Program-made: the position numbers and the translations under genes
Assembly (NCBI GenBank): GCA_049323655.1
Contig: JBMONO010000034.1
Span: 45,354-109,353 of the forward strand
Length of the DNA: 64,000 nt
Reading direction: 5' to 3'
From: Thermodesulfobacteriota bacterium
GTDB taxonomy: Bacteria; Desulfobacterota; Desulfobulbia; Desulfobulbales; SURF-16
Shown: positions 10,143 to 19,898 of the stretch, piece by piece
Numbering within the stretch: the stretch's first letter is position 1
How the letters are laid out: every line of letters begins with the position of its first letter
The notes under the pieces: model-generated
The model's database searches: none
What the model saw: only the letters and a program-made list of their open reading frames with translations
What the model was told of the DNA's origin: nothing

Positions 10143-10811
10143 TTATTTTGCAACCTTTTCCAGCATGCGATGCACCACCTGCTCGATGGTGAGCGTCGAG
10201 GTGTCGATGATCAGGGCATCTGCGGCGGCCCTCATGGGGGCAAGGGTCCGGCGGCTGTCCTCCTCGTCCCGCCGGCGGATCTGGGCGAGGATCTCCTGCT
10301 CATCCGCCGGCATGCCTTTTTCCCGCAACTGCCGGCAGCGCCGGCGCGCCCGTTCCTCCGGGGCGGCGTCGAGAAAAAATTTATGACGGGCATCGGGAAA
10401 AACCACGGTGCCGGTATCGCGTCCTTCCGCGACCACCCGGCCCGCTTCGCCCAGTCGCTGCTGCATGGCGGTCAGCCGCTGTCGCACCACCGGCTGCGCT
10501 GACACTGAGGATGCCACCAGTCCCATTGCCGCGGTCCGGATCTCCTGGCTGATCTCCTCGCCGTCGACAAAGACCCGCGTATCACCGTCTGCCGGTACAA
10601 GTTGCAGGTCCATGGCGTCGAGCAGTGACCCCAGGGCTTCCTGGTCATCGAGACTGATGCCGCGCTGGCGGGCGGTGTAGCCCACTGCCCGGTACATCGC
10701 TCCGGTATCGAGAAAGGTATAGCCGAGCCGAGCCGCCACCAGCCGGCTGATGGTGCTCTTGCCGCTGCCGGAGGGACCGTCGATGGTGATTATCTCCCGC
10801 ACGCCCCGCAC
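10143..10811 (-). CDS. cmk: Cytidylate kinase
   Basis: ITIDGPSGSGKST, LDTGAMYRA, VAEGRDTGTVVFPDA. Confidence 0.97.
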   Translation of the reverse strand: MRGVREIITIDGPSGSGKSTISRLVAARLGYTFLDTGAMYRAVGYTARQRGISLDDQEALGSLLDAMDLQLVPADGDTRVFVDGEEISQEIRTAAMGLVASSVSAQPVVRQRLTAMQQRLGEAGRVVAEGRDTGTVVFPDARHKFFLDAAPEERARRRCRQLREKGMPADEQEILAQIRRRDEEDSRRTLAPMRAAADALIIDTSTLTIEQVVHRMLEKVAK

Positions 10812-11909
10812 CTATTCGCCCAGGCAGCGGTCCAGGGTGGCAACCAGCCGTTCGTTTTCCGGCCTGGTGCCGACCGTGATCCGGATAAAATGCGGATAGC
10901 CGTATGCGCTCATCGGCCGGACAATCACCCCCTGGCGCAGCATTTTCTCATAGATGATTTTGCAGTCCTGCCCGACATCGACCAGAAAGAAGTTGGTCTG
11001 GGTCGGGAAGACCCGGCAGCCAAGCTTCTCGATCTCCGCGGTCAGCCAGGCAATGCCCTCTTTGGTCATGGCAATGGTGTTGCGATAGTGGTCGTCGTCC
11101 TCCAGGCCGGCCAGGGCCCCTACCTGGGCCAGTTCGTTGACATTGAACGGCTGTCGCACCCGATGCAGATAGGAGGCGATGGCGGCGTCCATTATCCCGT
11201 AGCCGACCCGCAGGCCGGCCAGGCCATAGGCCTTGGAAAAGGTCCGCAGGCCGACCACCGGGGTCGGCTGGTGGAGATAGCGCCGTACGTCGAGCTGCCT
11301 GTCGGCATCGACAAAATCAACATAGGCCTCGTCGAGGACGACGATGACCGTTTCCGGCAGTCTGGCGAGAAAGGCTTCGAAGGCAGGGCGCTCAAATACC
11401 GTACCGGTCGGGTTGTTCGGGTTGTCGAGAAAGATGAGACGGGTCTTTCCCGTCACTCGGGCGGCAATTGTCTCAAGGTCATGGTGCATCTCCGCAAGCG
11501 GCACCACGACATTAACCCCGCCCCGTGCCTGGACCATGGTCTGGTAGACGAGAAAGGAGGGCAGGCTGCTGATCACCTCGTCGCCGGGCGAGACAAAGGC
11601 GCCGACCAGGAGCTCGATGACCTCGTTGGAGCCGTTGCCGAAGACCAGTTCTGCAGGCTGCACTCCCATTTTTTTGGCCAAAGAGCTAGCCAGGTAATAG
11701 CAGCTGCCGTCAGGATAGCGGTGCAAGGTGGCGAGGCTGTCGCGGATAGCTGCCAGCGCCCTGGGTGAAGGGCCGAGGGCGTTTTCGTTGGAGGCCATTT
11801 TGATGGAGCCGCTGATGCCGTATTCCCGTTCCAGCTCCTTGAGCGGTTTGCCGGGGGGATAGGGAACCAGGGTCTCGATGTTTTTGTTGACCGAGAGTTT
11901 CATGGGCAT
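10812..11909 (-). CDS. hisC: Histidinol-phosphate aminotransferase
   Basis: KMASNEN, NPNNPTG, DEAY, RTFSKAYGLAGLRVGY. Confidence 0.96.
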   Translation of the reverse strand: MPMKLSVNKNIETLVPYPPGKPLKELEREYGISGSIKMASNENALGPSPRALAAIRDSLATLHRYPDGSCYYLASSLAKKMGVQPAELVFGNGSNEVIELLVGAFVSPGDEVISSLPSFLVYQTMVQARGGVNVVVPLAEMHHDLETIAARVTGKTRLIFLDNPNNPTGTVFERPAFEAFLARLPETVIVVLDEAYVDFVDADRQLDVRRYLHQPTPVVGLRTFSKAYGLAGLRVGYGIMDAAIASYLHRVRQPFNVNELAQVGALAGLEDDDHYRNTIAMTKEGIAWLTAEIEKLGCRVFPTQTNFFLVDVGQDCKIIYEKMLRQGVIVRPMSAYGYPHFIRITVGTRPENERLVATLDRCLGE

Positions 11910-11924
11910 AAGGTGTCCTTGGGT

Positions 11925-13382
11925 TTACAGAGGAGGTTTCCTGCCGACCATGTCGAGCCGCAATTCCAGGTTGAAAGCGACCCGCAGCAGGCTTTCCTCG
12001 GCAAAGTGAGCGCCTTGCAGCTGGAGGCCGATGGGCAGGCCGGCAGTGCTGATCCCGCACGGCACCGACATGGCCGGAACGCCGGCCAGATTGGCCGGGA
12101 TGGTCAGTACGTCGGAGAGATAGACGCTGAGAGGGTCATGACTTTTCTCGCCGAGCCGCCACGCCGGGGTCGGCGTCACCGGCGAGACCAGCACATCGCA
12201 ACGGGCGAAGGCCTCTTTGTAATCGGCAACAATCAGGGTGCGGATCTGCGACGCCTTCTTGTAATAGGCGTCGTAATAGCCGGCGGAGAGGGCATAGGTG
12301 CCCATGATGATGCGGCGCTTTACCTCGTCGCCGAAGCCGCGGGAGCGGCTCTTTTTATACATGTCGAGGAGCGAATCCGCCTCCATGGCGCGCAGACCGA
12401 AGCGCACTCCGTCGTAGCGGGCCAGGTTGGAACTCGCTTCGGCTGGGGCGATGAGGTAATAGGCGGCGACGCCGTATTCGGTATGGGGTAACGAGACGTC
12501 GACGATTTCCGCCCCGGCCCGCTCCAGCTCGGCGATACCCCGTCGTACCGCCTTTTCCACCTCCGGGTCGAGTCCCGCGCCGAAATATTCGCGCGGTACG
12601 CCGATGCGCATGCCGGAGAGTCCCTCCTGCAGGGCGGCCCGGTAATCTGGCACCGGCTCACGGACCGAGGTCGAGTCCCGCGCATCATGGCCGCTGATGA
12701 CGTTCAGTAGCAGGGCGCAGTCGCGGACATCCTTGGTGAAGGGGCCGATCTGATCCAGCGAGGAGGCAAAGGCAAGCAGGCCGTAGCGCGAAACCCGGCC
12801 ATAGGTCGGCTTCAGACCGACCACTCCGCAGTGGGAGGCGGGCTGGCGGATGGACCCGCCGGTGTCGGAGCCGAGCGAGGCGATGCACATGTCCGCCGCC
12901 ACCGAGGCGGCCGAACCGCCGCTTGAACCGCCGCAGATAAAGGCGGGATTCCAGGGGTTCTTCGGCACTCCGTAGGCGCAGTTCTCATTGGCCGAGCCCA
13001 TGGCGAACTCATCCATCGTCGCCTTGCCGACAATGATCGCGCCGGCTTCTTCCAGTCTCTCTACCACCGTGGCGCTGTAAGGGGGAATGAAGGATTCGAG
13101 GATCTTCGAGCCGGCGGTGGTGCGCAGGCCTTTGGTGCAGAGGACGTCCTTGATGGACAGGGGAATGCCGCAGAGCGGGCCGCCTTCGCCCCGGGCCAGG
13201 CGCTCTTCAGCCGCTCTGGCCTGCCGCAGAGCCTGTTCCCGATCGAGGGTGATGTAGGCGCCGACCTTGCCCTCTACCTGTTCGATGCGGGCAAAGACCG
13301 CCTCCGTTACCGAAAGCGGGTTTGTTTCGCCCCGGACAAAACGATCATGCAAGTTCTGTATGGTCAATGTGTGGAAATCCAT
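11925..13382 (-). CDS. gatA: Asp/Glu-tRNA amidotransferase subunit A
   Basis: Amidase signature [20 protein letters not shown]; start at 13382 chosen from an AGGA RBS. Confidence 0.97.
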   Translation of the reverse strand: MDFHTLTIQNLHDRFVRGETNPLSVTEAVFARIEQVEGKVGAYITLDREQALRQARAAEERLARGEGGPLCGIPLSIKDVLCTKGLRTTAGSKILESFIPPYSATVVERLEEAGAIIVGKATMDEFAMGSANENCAYGVPKNPWNPAFICGGSSGGSAASVAADMCIASLGSDTGGSIRQPASHCGVVGLKPTYGRVSRYGLLAFASSLDQIGPFTKDVRDCALLLNVISGHDARDSTSVREPVPDYRAALQEGLSGMRIGVPREYFGAGLDPEVEKAVRRGIAELERAGAEIVDVSLPHTEYGVAAYYLIAPAEASSNLARYDGVRFGLRAMEADSLLDMYKKSRSRGFGDEVKRRIIMGTYALSAGYYDAYYKKASQIRTLIVADYKEAFARCDVLVSPVTPTPAWRLGEKSHDPLSVYLSDVLTIPANLAGVPAMSVPCGISTAGLPIGLQLQGAHFAEESLLRVAFNLELRLDMVGRKPPL

Positions 13383-13395
13383 TTGTTTTCCTATC

Positions 13396-13507
13396 GATGA
13401 AACCGGAAAAAGTCTTTTTGTCACCGGGCACAGAGAAATAGTGTGAATGGCCGCCCGGTATCTCCCTGTGCTCCGTGGTGAATATCGTTTTTTTTTACGA
13501 AACCATC
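13396..13507. mobile_element. MITE-like element, family 1 copy B (112 bp), between gatC and gatA
   Basis: TIRs GATGAAACCGGAAAAAGTC / rc GATGGTTTCGTAAAAAAAA; flanks CCTATC / CCTATT; internal CACCGGGCACAGAG...CTGTGCTCCGTGGTG. Confidence 0.75.
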
Positions 13508-13515
13508 CCTATTCC

Positions 13516-13800
13516 CTAAATGACGCGCGGGACGACAAAGGCCTCCCCGTTCTGGCGCGGGCCGTTGGCCAGCGCCTCCTCCCGCGGCAGGGAGGGACGG
13601 ACCTCGTCTTCCCGGAAGGCATTACGGAGCTCCAGGGCATGGGTGGTCGGTTTGATGGCGTTGGTGTCGATTTCTCCCAACTTGGCGACATAGCCCAGAA
13701 TCCGATCGAGCTGACCGGTCAGGGTCATAATCTCCTGTTCCGACAGCTCCAGCCGGGCGAGATGGGCCACCTTGGCAACTTCTTCCTGTGAAATAATCAT
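13516..13800 (-). CDS. gatC: Asp/Glu-tRNA amidotransferase subunit C
   Basis: VAKVAHLARLEL, FREDEV, FVVPRVI; 94 aa next to gatA. Confidence 0.95.
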   Translation of the reverse strand: MIISQEEVAKVAHLARLELSEQEIMTLTGQLDRILGYVAKLGEIDTNAIKPTTHALELRNAFREDEVRPSLPREEALANGPRQNGEAFVVPRVI

Positions 13801-13809
13801 TCGGTTTGT

Positions 13810-14901
13810 TCAGATGGTTTGGGGTTGTTTTCTGGTGAAAATGATATCGGCAAAGGCCTCCACGACCTGGGGGTCAAACTGGGTACGGACATGGGCGCGC
13901 AGTTCACCCACCGCCTCGTCCTTGGTCATGTTGACCTTGTAGCTGCGTTTGGAGGTCATGGCGTCAAAGCTGTCCGCCACCGTGACAATTCTGGTCAGCA
14001 GATTGATCTCGTCGCCGTGCAGTGCGTCCGGATAGCCGGCGCCGTCCAGGCGTTCGTGGTGATGGCGGACGATCTCTCCTTCCCGTTCCAGAAACTGGAG
14101 AGGCTTGATGATGTTTTCACCGATTTCCGGATGTTTCTTGACCAGTCGCCATTCCTCATCGGTGAGTGGGCCCGGTTTCTGAATGCAGCTAACATCGATG
14201 ACCAGTTTGCCGATGTCGTGCAGCTGGCAGGCCCTGGTCAGGACGTCAATGTCGGCCTTAACCAGACCCATGGTCCGGCCGATCAGTTTGGAGTATTCCG
14301 TCACCCTTTTTGTATGGCCGGCGGTATACTGGTCTTTTTCCTCCAGGGCGGTGTTCAGGGTGATCATGGTGTTGACCGAGGAGATTTCCAGGTGATGGCT
14401 GTACTTTTTCAGTAGCTGGTTCTTTTCCGCCAGTTCTTTGGTCTTTTTGCGGACCTCGCACTCCAGATTTTTTTTGTACATCTTCTCCCGGCGGAGAAAC
14501 ATGCGTTTTTCCACGGCCCGGCGGATCTTAACATCAAAGAGATCGAGATCCTCGATTGGTTTTGGGATAAAATCGTAGGCCCCGAGGTTGATCGCCTTTA
14601 CCGCATATTCCATGGAACCGGCACCGGTGAGAAAGAGCACCGGGATATCGAGTTTGCGCCGGTTGAGGGCCTGGATGGTCTCAAACCCGTTCATCCCCGG
14701 CATGTTGATGTCGAGGAGGATGGCGTCGATATCATCGGTCACCGCCGCCAGCACGGCCTTGCCGTCTTCGACGGCAAACACCTGATGGCCGAAGAGTTCG
14801 AGAATCTTCACCAGCGCATCGCGGACCAGCGGGTCGTCATCCGCCATGAGAATTTTCGGACTGGTCCGATCCGGGGTATAAAGTCGCGCTGATAACGGCA
14901 A
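13810..14901 (-). CDS. Response regulator with HD-GYP c-di-GMP phosphodiesterase domain (RpfG-like)
   Basis: Receiver (ADDD, LLDINMP, IPKP) plus YTAGHTKRV, LHDIGK, HHERLDGAGYP, ADSFDAM. Confidence 0.92.
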   Translation of the reverse strand: MPLSARLYTPDRTSPKILMADDDPLVRDALVKILELFGHQVFAVEDGKAVLAAVTDDIDAILLDINMPGMNGFETIQALNRRKLDIPVLFLTGAGSMEYAVKAINLGAYDFIPKPIEDLDLFDVKIRRAVEKRMFLRREKMYKKNLECEVRKKTKELAEKNQLLKKYSHHLEISSVNTMITLNTALEEKDQYTAGHTKRVTEYSKLIGRTMGLVKADIDVLTRACQLHDIGKLVIDVSCIQKPGPLTDEEWRLVKKHPEIGENIIKPLQFLEREGEIVRHHHERLDGAGYPDALHGDEINLLTRIVTVADSFDAMTSKRSYKVNMTKDEAVGELRAHVRTQFDPQVVEAFADIIFTRKQPQTI

Positions 14902-14986
14902 GGAGAGTCCTCTTTTTCAGTCTGGACGGGGCAGCGTTGGCCCTGCCGCCATCACGTGACATGCTGCTTTCATGTGTCGTGCCACT

Positions 14987-16030
14987 CTACAGGTTCCAGA
15001 AGTTTTTTGCAATTTTTTGTGCATTGGCCAGGGAGGGCACCGGGACATCGCTCCTGCTCAGCCGAAGGAAGGTCTCTTCCGCCAGAAAGGGGCGACCGGA
15101 CATTTCCGCCAGCACCGCCAGCACCCCGTCGCGCTGACCGGCTACATTGTACCCTCCTTCCAGGGTGAAAAGCAGCCGGCCATCGCAGAGCTCGGCGGCC
15201 AGCCCCAGCAGAACCCGGGTCATGTAGGCAAAGCCGTCAACCGTTACCTTCATGGTGCCGAGCGGGTCGCCCTGGTAGATATCAAAGCCTGCGGAGACCA
15301 TGATCATGTCCGGCTGATAGGCGCGGGCCAGGGGCGCAAGGAGCTCGTTGAAGATACGGGCGAATTCCTCGTCACCCTGGCCGCCGGGCAACGGCAGGTT
15401 GATCGTGTATCCCACCCCGGCGCCCTCGCCGGTTTCGAGGAGGGCGCCGGTTCCCGGATAATAGGGATACTGGTGGGTGGAGAAATAGAACACCTGGTTG
15501 GTCCCGGCGAAGCTGTGCTGGGTGCCGTTGCCGTGGTGGAGATCCCAGTCGATGATGAGGATTTTCTCCATCTTCAGATGAGCAAGGGCGTAGCGGGCGG
15601 CAATGGCGACGTTGTTAAACAGACAGAAACCCTTGCCGTAGCCCTTTTCGGCGTGATGACCCGGCGGCCTCACCAGGGCGAAACAGTTATCGATTTCGCC
15701 GGCGGCAAGCAGCCGGGCCCCTTCAACGACCGCTCCGGCAGCAAGGCAGGCAGCGTCATAGGAACGCGGCGAGGTGGTGGTGTCGGCATCAAGCAGGTCA
15801 AAGCGCTTGCCGGCGGTGGAGGCCACCCGACGGATATGCGCCTCGGTGTGATTGAGCGCGATGATCTCGGGCGAAGCCGGGGAAAATTCCGGAAAGAGAA
15901 AGGGGGCGCGGATCTCCGGTTTGTCCAGTTGCTCGTAGATGACGCGCAGCCGTTCCGGGGATTCGACATGGTCGCTGCCCGGCTGGTGCTCGAGAAAAAG
16001 GTCGTGTTTCAAGATGGCGGTTCGTCGCAT
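14987..16030 (-). CDS. Histone-deacetylase-family (AcuC-like) Zn amidohydrolase
   Basis: HVESPERL, RPPGHHA, DWDLHHGNGTQ, SAGFD, LEGGY. Confidence 0.93.
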   Translation of the reverse strand: MRRTAILKHDLFLEHQPGSDHVESPERLRVIYEQLDKPEIRAPFLFPEFSPASPEIIALNHTEAHIRRVASTAGKRFDLLDADTTTSPRSYDAACLAAGAVVEGARLLAAGEIDNCFALVRPPGHHAEKGYGKGFCLFNNVAIAARYALAHLKMEKILIIDWDLHHGNGTQHSFAGTNQVFYFSTHQYPYYPGTGALLETGEGAGVGYTINLPLPGGQGDEEFARIFNELLAPLARAYQPDMIMVSAGFDIYQGDPLGTMKVTVDGFAYMTRVLLGLAAELCDGRLLFTLEGGYNVAGQRDGVLAVLAEMSGRPFLAEETFLRLSRSDVPVPSLANAQKIAKNFWNL

Positions 16031-16041
16031 ACTGTTCCTCG

Positions 16042-16641
16042 TTATTGTGCGGTCATGCGTATGGTTTTTTCCGTTACCAGATAGTGGAGGGGCTGGTCAT
16101 GGGCCAGCAGCGGCAACTGCTGGACCACCTGGAGTTCAAAGGCGAGGCCGATGCGCAGCGCCTGGGGGGCCGCATCGGCGAGAAAACGATCGTAGTAGCC
16201 GCCGCCGTAGCCCAGCCGGCCGCCGTGGTTGTCAAACACCGAGCCGGGAACGAGCACCGCGTCGAGGGCGGTCGGATCAAAGGGGCGGAGGCGATCCCCG
16301 GCCGGCTCGAAAATACCCTGAAAACCGGGCTGCAAATCCCGGCAGGGATCACTGATCAGGCAGGGCAGCAGTTTATGCTCTGCCGCCAGGGTGAGCGGGA
16401 CGCAGACCGCGATGCCCCGTTCGCCAAACAGATCAAAAAGAGGCCAGGTCTCCACCTCGCTGCGAAAGCTGGCATAGATCATGACCCGGTGCATCCGGCC
16501 GAGCTCCGCCATGGCGAGCAGCCGGTCGTGGATCCGGGCGCTCTTTGCCCGCCGCCGGACCGGATCGAGCCCGTCGCGCAGGGCGAGAATCCGGCGGCGC
16601 AAGGCCTTTCGTTCATCTTCAATCAGAAAGATTTCTTTCAT
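16042..16641 (-). CDS. 5-formyltetrahydrofolate cyclo-ligase
   Basis: SEVET, LVPG..FD..GGRLGYGGGYYDRFL. Confidence 0.93.
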   Translation of the reverse strand: MKEIFLIEDERKALRRRILALRDGLDPVRRRAKSARIHDRLLAMAELGRMHRVMIYASFRSEVETWPLFDLFGERGIAVCVPLTLAAEHKLLPCLISDPCRDLQPGFQGIFEPAGDRLRPFDPTALDAVLVPGSVFDNHGGRLGYGGGYYDRFLADAAPQALRIGLAFELQVVQQLPLLAHDQPLHYLVTEKTIRMTAQ

Positions 16642-17422
16642 TTTTTTTAGAAAAATCGATTATCTGTTTGCAGAAGCCGCCGACAAAGCGCGCCTCCCTG
16701 CTGCGCAGGCCTGTCCGGCCGAGGAAGTGGCGGATGTTATGCATCCAGTAGCCGTACCTTTCCTCCTGCAGATAGCCGATGGCGCGCAACGCCTCTTCGA
16801 TCAGGCCATACAGGGTTTCCCGCTCGCGATTGCAGGCCAGTCTGGCCGGGGCTGGTCGATTATCCTGCTGCACTCGCAGCACCTCGCTGTAGAGTTCGTA
16901 GGCCAGTAGCGCCACTGCCTGGGCCAGATTGAGGGAGGAAAAATCCGCGGTGGGAATGGTGGTGACGATATTGCACAGTTTCAGGTCGTCGTTGCTCAGA
17001 CCCCGATCCTCCGGACCGAAGAGCAGGGCGGCCTGGTTGTTTACCAGTTTGGGTACGAGATCGACCATGGCCGTCTTGGGCCCTGCCATGGTATGGCGTT
17101 GGCGTCCCTGGCGAGCGCTGGTGCCGACGACCCACTGAAAGGGGGCAAGTGCCTCGTCGAGCCGGGAAAAGATCTCCAGGCCGTCGATCAGGTGACGGGC
17201 GTGATGGGTGGCCAGTTTTCGCATGCGCTCCTCGTCCGGCTTCTCCTTTCCCACCAGGATCAACCGGCTGATTCCCATGTTGCAGGCGACCCGGGCCGCG
17301 GCGCCGACGTTTTCCGGATAGGCCGGCCGGACCAGGACAATGGCGACCTGGGAAAGTAGTTTTTTCCGGAATTCGATAACAGGGGAATGAGAATGCTCGA
17401 TACGGCTCATCGGGGCGTTCAT
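16619..17422 (-). CDS. trmJ: TrmJ/TrmH-family (SPOUT) RNA methyltransferase
   Basis: IVLVRPAYPENVGAAAR, LFGPEDRGL, SLNLAQAV. Confidence 0.85.
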   Translation of the reverse strand: MNAPMSRIEHSHSPVIEFRKKLLSQVAIVLVRPAYPENVGAAARVACNMGISRLILVGKEKPDEERMRKLATHHARHLIDGLEIFSRLDEALAPFQWVVGTSARQGRQRHTMAGPKTAMVDLVPKLVNNQAALLFGPEDRGLSNDDLKLCNIVTTIPTADFSSLNLAQAVALLAYELYSEVLRVQQDNRPAPARLACNRERETLYGLIEEALRAIGYLQEERYGYWMHNIRHFLGRTGLRSREARFVGGFCKQIIDFSKKNERNLSD

Positions 17423-19680
17423 CGGGCGGCGGCAGCCGAGGCCGCGGTTCGTTTTTCTTCAAGGGCAAAATTGATACGTCGTGCTCGCTTGTCTACCCCG
17501 AGGAGCCGAACAATGACCTCATCGCCGACCTGATAAGTGACGCGACTGCGGCCGGCGACCAGCATGTGGCGTTTTTCGAGAAATTCATAAGAGTCGGGGG
17601 GGAGGTCGGACATTGCCACCCCACCGCTGATCATGGTCCCGGCCAACTCGACAAAAAGCCCGAAAGAGGTGATGCCGGAGATCACTGCGCTAAATCGTTC
17701 GCCGACTTTGTCGGCCATGTAGCGGACCTTGAGGCGGTCGAACATTTCCCGTTCCGCGTCCACCGCCACCCGTTCCCGCCTGGAGAGGAACTCGCCAGCT
17801 TCGTGGAGATCAACCGGCGGCCTGGTCTGCTGTTTGTCCGGCCAGAGATGCTGCTGCAAGGCACGGTGAACCATCAGGTCGGGATAACGACGGATGGGCG
17901 AGGTGAAATGGGTATAATCAGCGGCCGCCAGCCCGAAATGACCGATGTTGTCTGGGGCGTAGCGCGCCTGCTGCATGGTCCGCAGGATGAGATTGCTGAC
18001 CAGATATTCCCGGCTCGTCCCCCTGGTCTGCTCGATAAGGCGATTAAACCAGCGCGAGTCATAGCGATCGCCCTTGAGCTGGTAACCCATCGAGATCATG
18101 AACTCGGCGAACTCCGCGACCTTGGTCGGCTCGGGCGCCTGGTGGACCCGGTAGAGGGCGGCGACATGACGGCGGGTGAAGGTTGCCGCCACCGCCTCGT
18201 TGGCGGCCAGCATGAACTCCTCGATGATTTTGTGGGCCAGATTACGCTCCTGCACGGAGATGGCAGCGATCCGGTCACTGGCAGCATCAATCTCGACAAA
18301 GGGTTCAGGAATCTCAAAACCCATGCTGCCCCGGGCGATCCGTTGCTGCTCGAGCCCGCCGGCCAGCTCAGCCATCCATTTGAGAGGGGTGAGCAGCGGC
18401 TTGAAGAGGCGGCGCACCGCGGCCTCGCGGTCCACGACGATGCGCCGGACCAGGGTATAAGTGAGTCGGTAAGCGCTGCGGATGACGCTTTTGACAAAAC
18501 GGGTCGTCTGCCGCTGGCCGTTCCGGTCGAAATCGAGGATGGCGGTAAAGGCGTAACGATCCACCTCCGGGTTGAGGCTGCACAGGTTGTTTGACAGCCG
18601 CTCCGGCAGCATCGGCACTACCCCGGTGGGGAAATAGACGCTGGTGCCGCGTTCCCAGGCGTCCCGATCTAGCGATGTGCCGGGCCGGACATAATGGCTG
18701 ACATCGGCAATGGAGACATAGAGGCGATAGCCCTTTTTCGTCTTCAGCACCGCCACGGCATCGTCGAAATCCCGGGCCGTCTCGCCGTCGATGGTCACAT
18801 GGAGGATATCGCGCAGATCAGTGCGATCCGGGGTGAGAATCACCTGATCGGGAAAACGGTTGGCCTCAGCCAGGCTGGTCTCCTGAAAGACATGGGGCAG
18901 GTCGAATTTGCGGATCACCATCTCCATCTGGACCCGGCTGGTGTCGGGGTCACCGAGCACCTCGATGACGGTACCGGCGGCCGGCAAACCATCGGTGCCG
19001 AAATTGCTGATCTCGACCAGCACCGCGTCGCCGTCCTGGGCCGCCCCGGTTTTGCCTTCCGTCACCGTTACAATAAAGGGATAGCGTTCGTCCTCCGGGG
19101 TAACTCGCCCTTCCCTTCCCCGCTCGCTGTAGACGCCGACGATCCGTTTGGCAGCCCGGCCCAGCACGGTCACCACCCGTCCCTCCCGGCGGCCGCGGCG
19201 GTCCGCGGTGAACTGAACGAGGATATGGTCACCGTGCATGGCATTGCCCAGATCACGGGGGGGAATAAAGATATCCTTAGCCCCGGCCGGGGCGATGGGC
19301 TGGATCGGGATGGCAAAGGCAAAACCGCGGGGGTGGACGGCAACTGTCGCCTCGGCAAAATGATCGGGATTGAGGCGGTAGCGCTTTTTCCCCACCTTTT
19401 TGAGCAGCTGGCGGTGATCGAGCTCGTCGAGCAGTGTCTCAATCTCCTTGCGTTGGCACCGGCTTTCAGCCAGTATGGCGATGATCTCCTTCATATCCGC
19501 TTTCTCGCCGCGGTCATGGAGCAGACAGAGGAGCGCATCCTCCGCCTTCCTGGCCGCCCGGGCTGCCTTCACCTCCCGCACCGACTCATAGCGGCGGGGT
19601 ATCTGCTGCTCTGGTTTTCTCCGTCTGCCTCGGCTCTGCCGGTAGCCGGCCCGTTTTCCCGTGACTCTTCTCGGTGCCAT
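17419..19680 (-). CDS. rnr: Ribonuclease R
   Basis: HPRGFAF cold-shock domain, TIDGETARDFDDA, HFTSPIRRYPDL, C-terminal S1; start at 19680 inferred (ORF open to 19785). Confidence 0.95.
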   Translation of the reverse strand: MAPRRVTGKRAGYRQSRGRRRKPEQQIPRRYESVREVKAARAARKAEDALLCLLHDRGEKADMKEIIAILAESRCQRKEIETLLDELDHRQLLKKVGKKRYRLNPDHFAEATVAVHPRGFAFAIPIQPIAPAGAKDIFIPPRDLGNAMHGDHILVQFTADRRGRREGRVVTVLGRAAKRIVGVYSERGREGRVTPEDERYPFIVTVTEGKTGAAQDGDAVLVEISNFGTDGLPAAGTVIEVLGDPDTSRVQMEMVIRKFDLPHVFQETSLAEANRFPDQVILTPDRTDLRDILHVTIDGETARDFDDAVAVLKTKKGYRLYVSIADVSHYVRPGTSLDRDAWERGTSVYFPTGVVPMLPERLSNNLCSLNPEVDRYAFTAILDFDRNGQRQTTRFVKSVIRSAYRLTYTLVRRIVVDREAAVRRLFKPLLTPLKWMAELAGGLEQQRIARGSMGFEIPEPFVEIDAASDRIAAISVQERNLAHKIIEEFMLAANEAVAATFTRRHVAALYRVHQAPEPTKVAEFAEFMISMGYQLKGDRYDSRWFNRLIEQTRGTSREYLVSNLILRTMQQARYAPDNIGHFGLAAADYTHFTSPIRRYPDLMVHRALQQHLWPDKQQTRPPVDLHEAGEFLSRRERVAVDAEREMFDRLKVRYMADKVGERFSAVISGITSFGLFVELAGTMISGGVAMSDLPPDSYEFLEKRHMLVAGRSRVTYQVGDEVIVRLLGVDKRARRINFALEEKRTAASAAAAR

Positions 19681-19898
19681 TTTTGCTCCACGGATGCGAT
19701 AAAACTGGAAAAAGCGATCGGCTCTCGGCTGTTCCGGCCGCGACGCGGCAGTGTCGTTCAGTCGGACAGAGTGGGCGCCCGGCAAAATATCCGTTTTCCC
19801 GCTTTCCTTTTTTCGAATATTATTTTAATAATAAGAAGCGGTTACAAAATCACTGACTCAACACTACCACTTTCGGGCGGAAATCTGAAATTTTTTTT

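Noticed and set aside
19818-19833. TATTATT-TT-AATAATA palindrome in the rnr/RSH divergent region
   Set aside because: Real but low-complexity and AT-only; likely by chance in an AT-rich promoter and not assignable to a regulator
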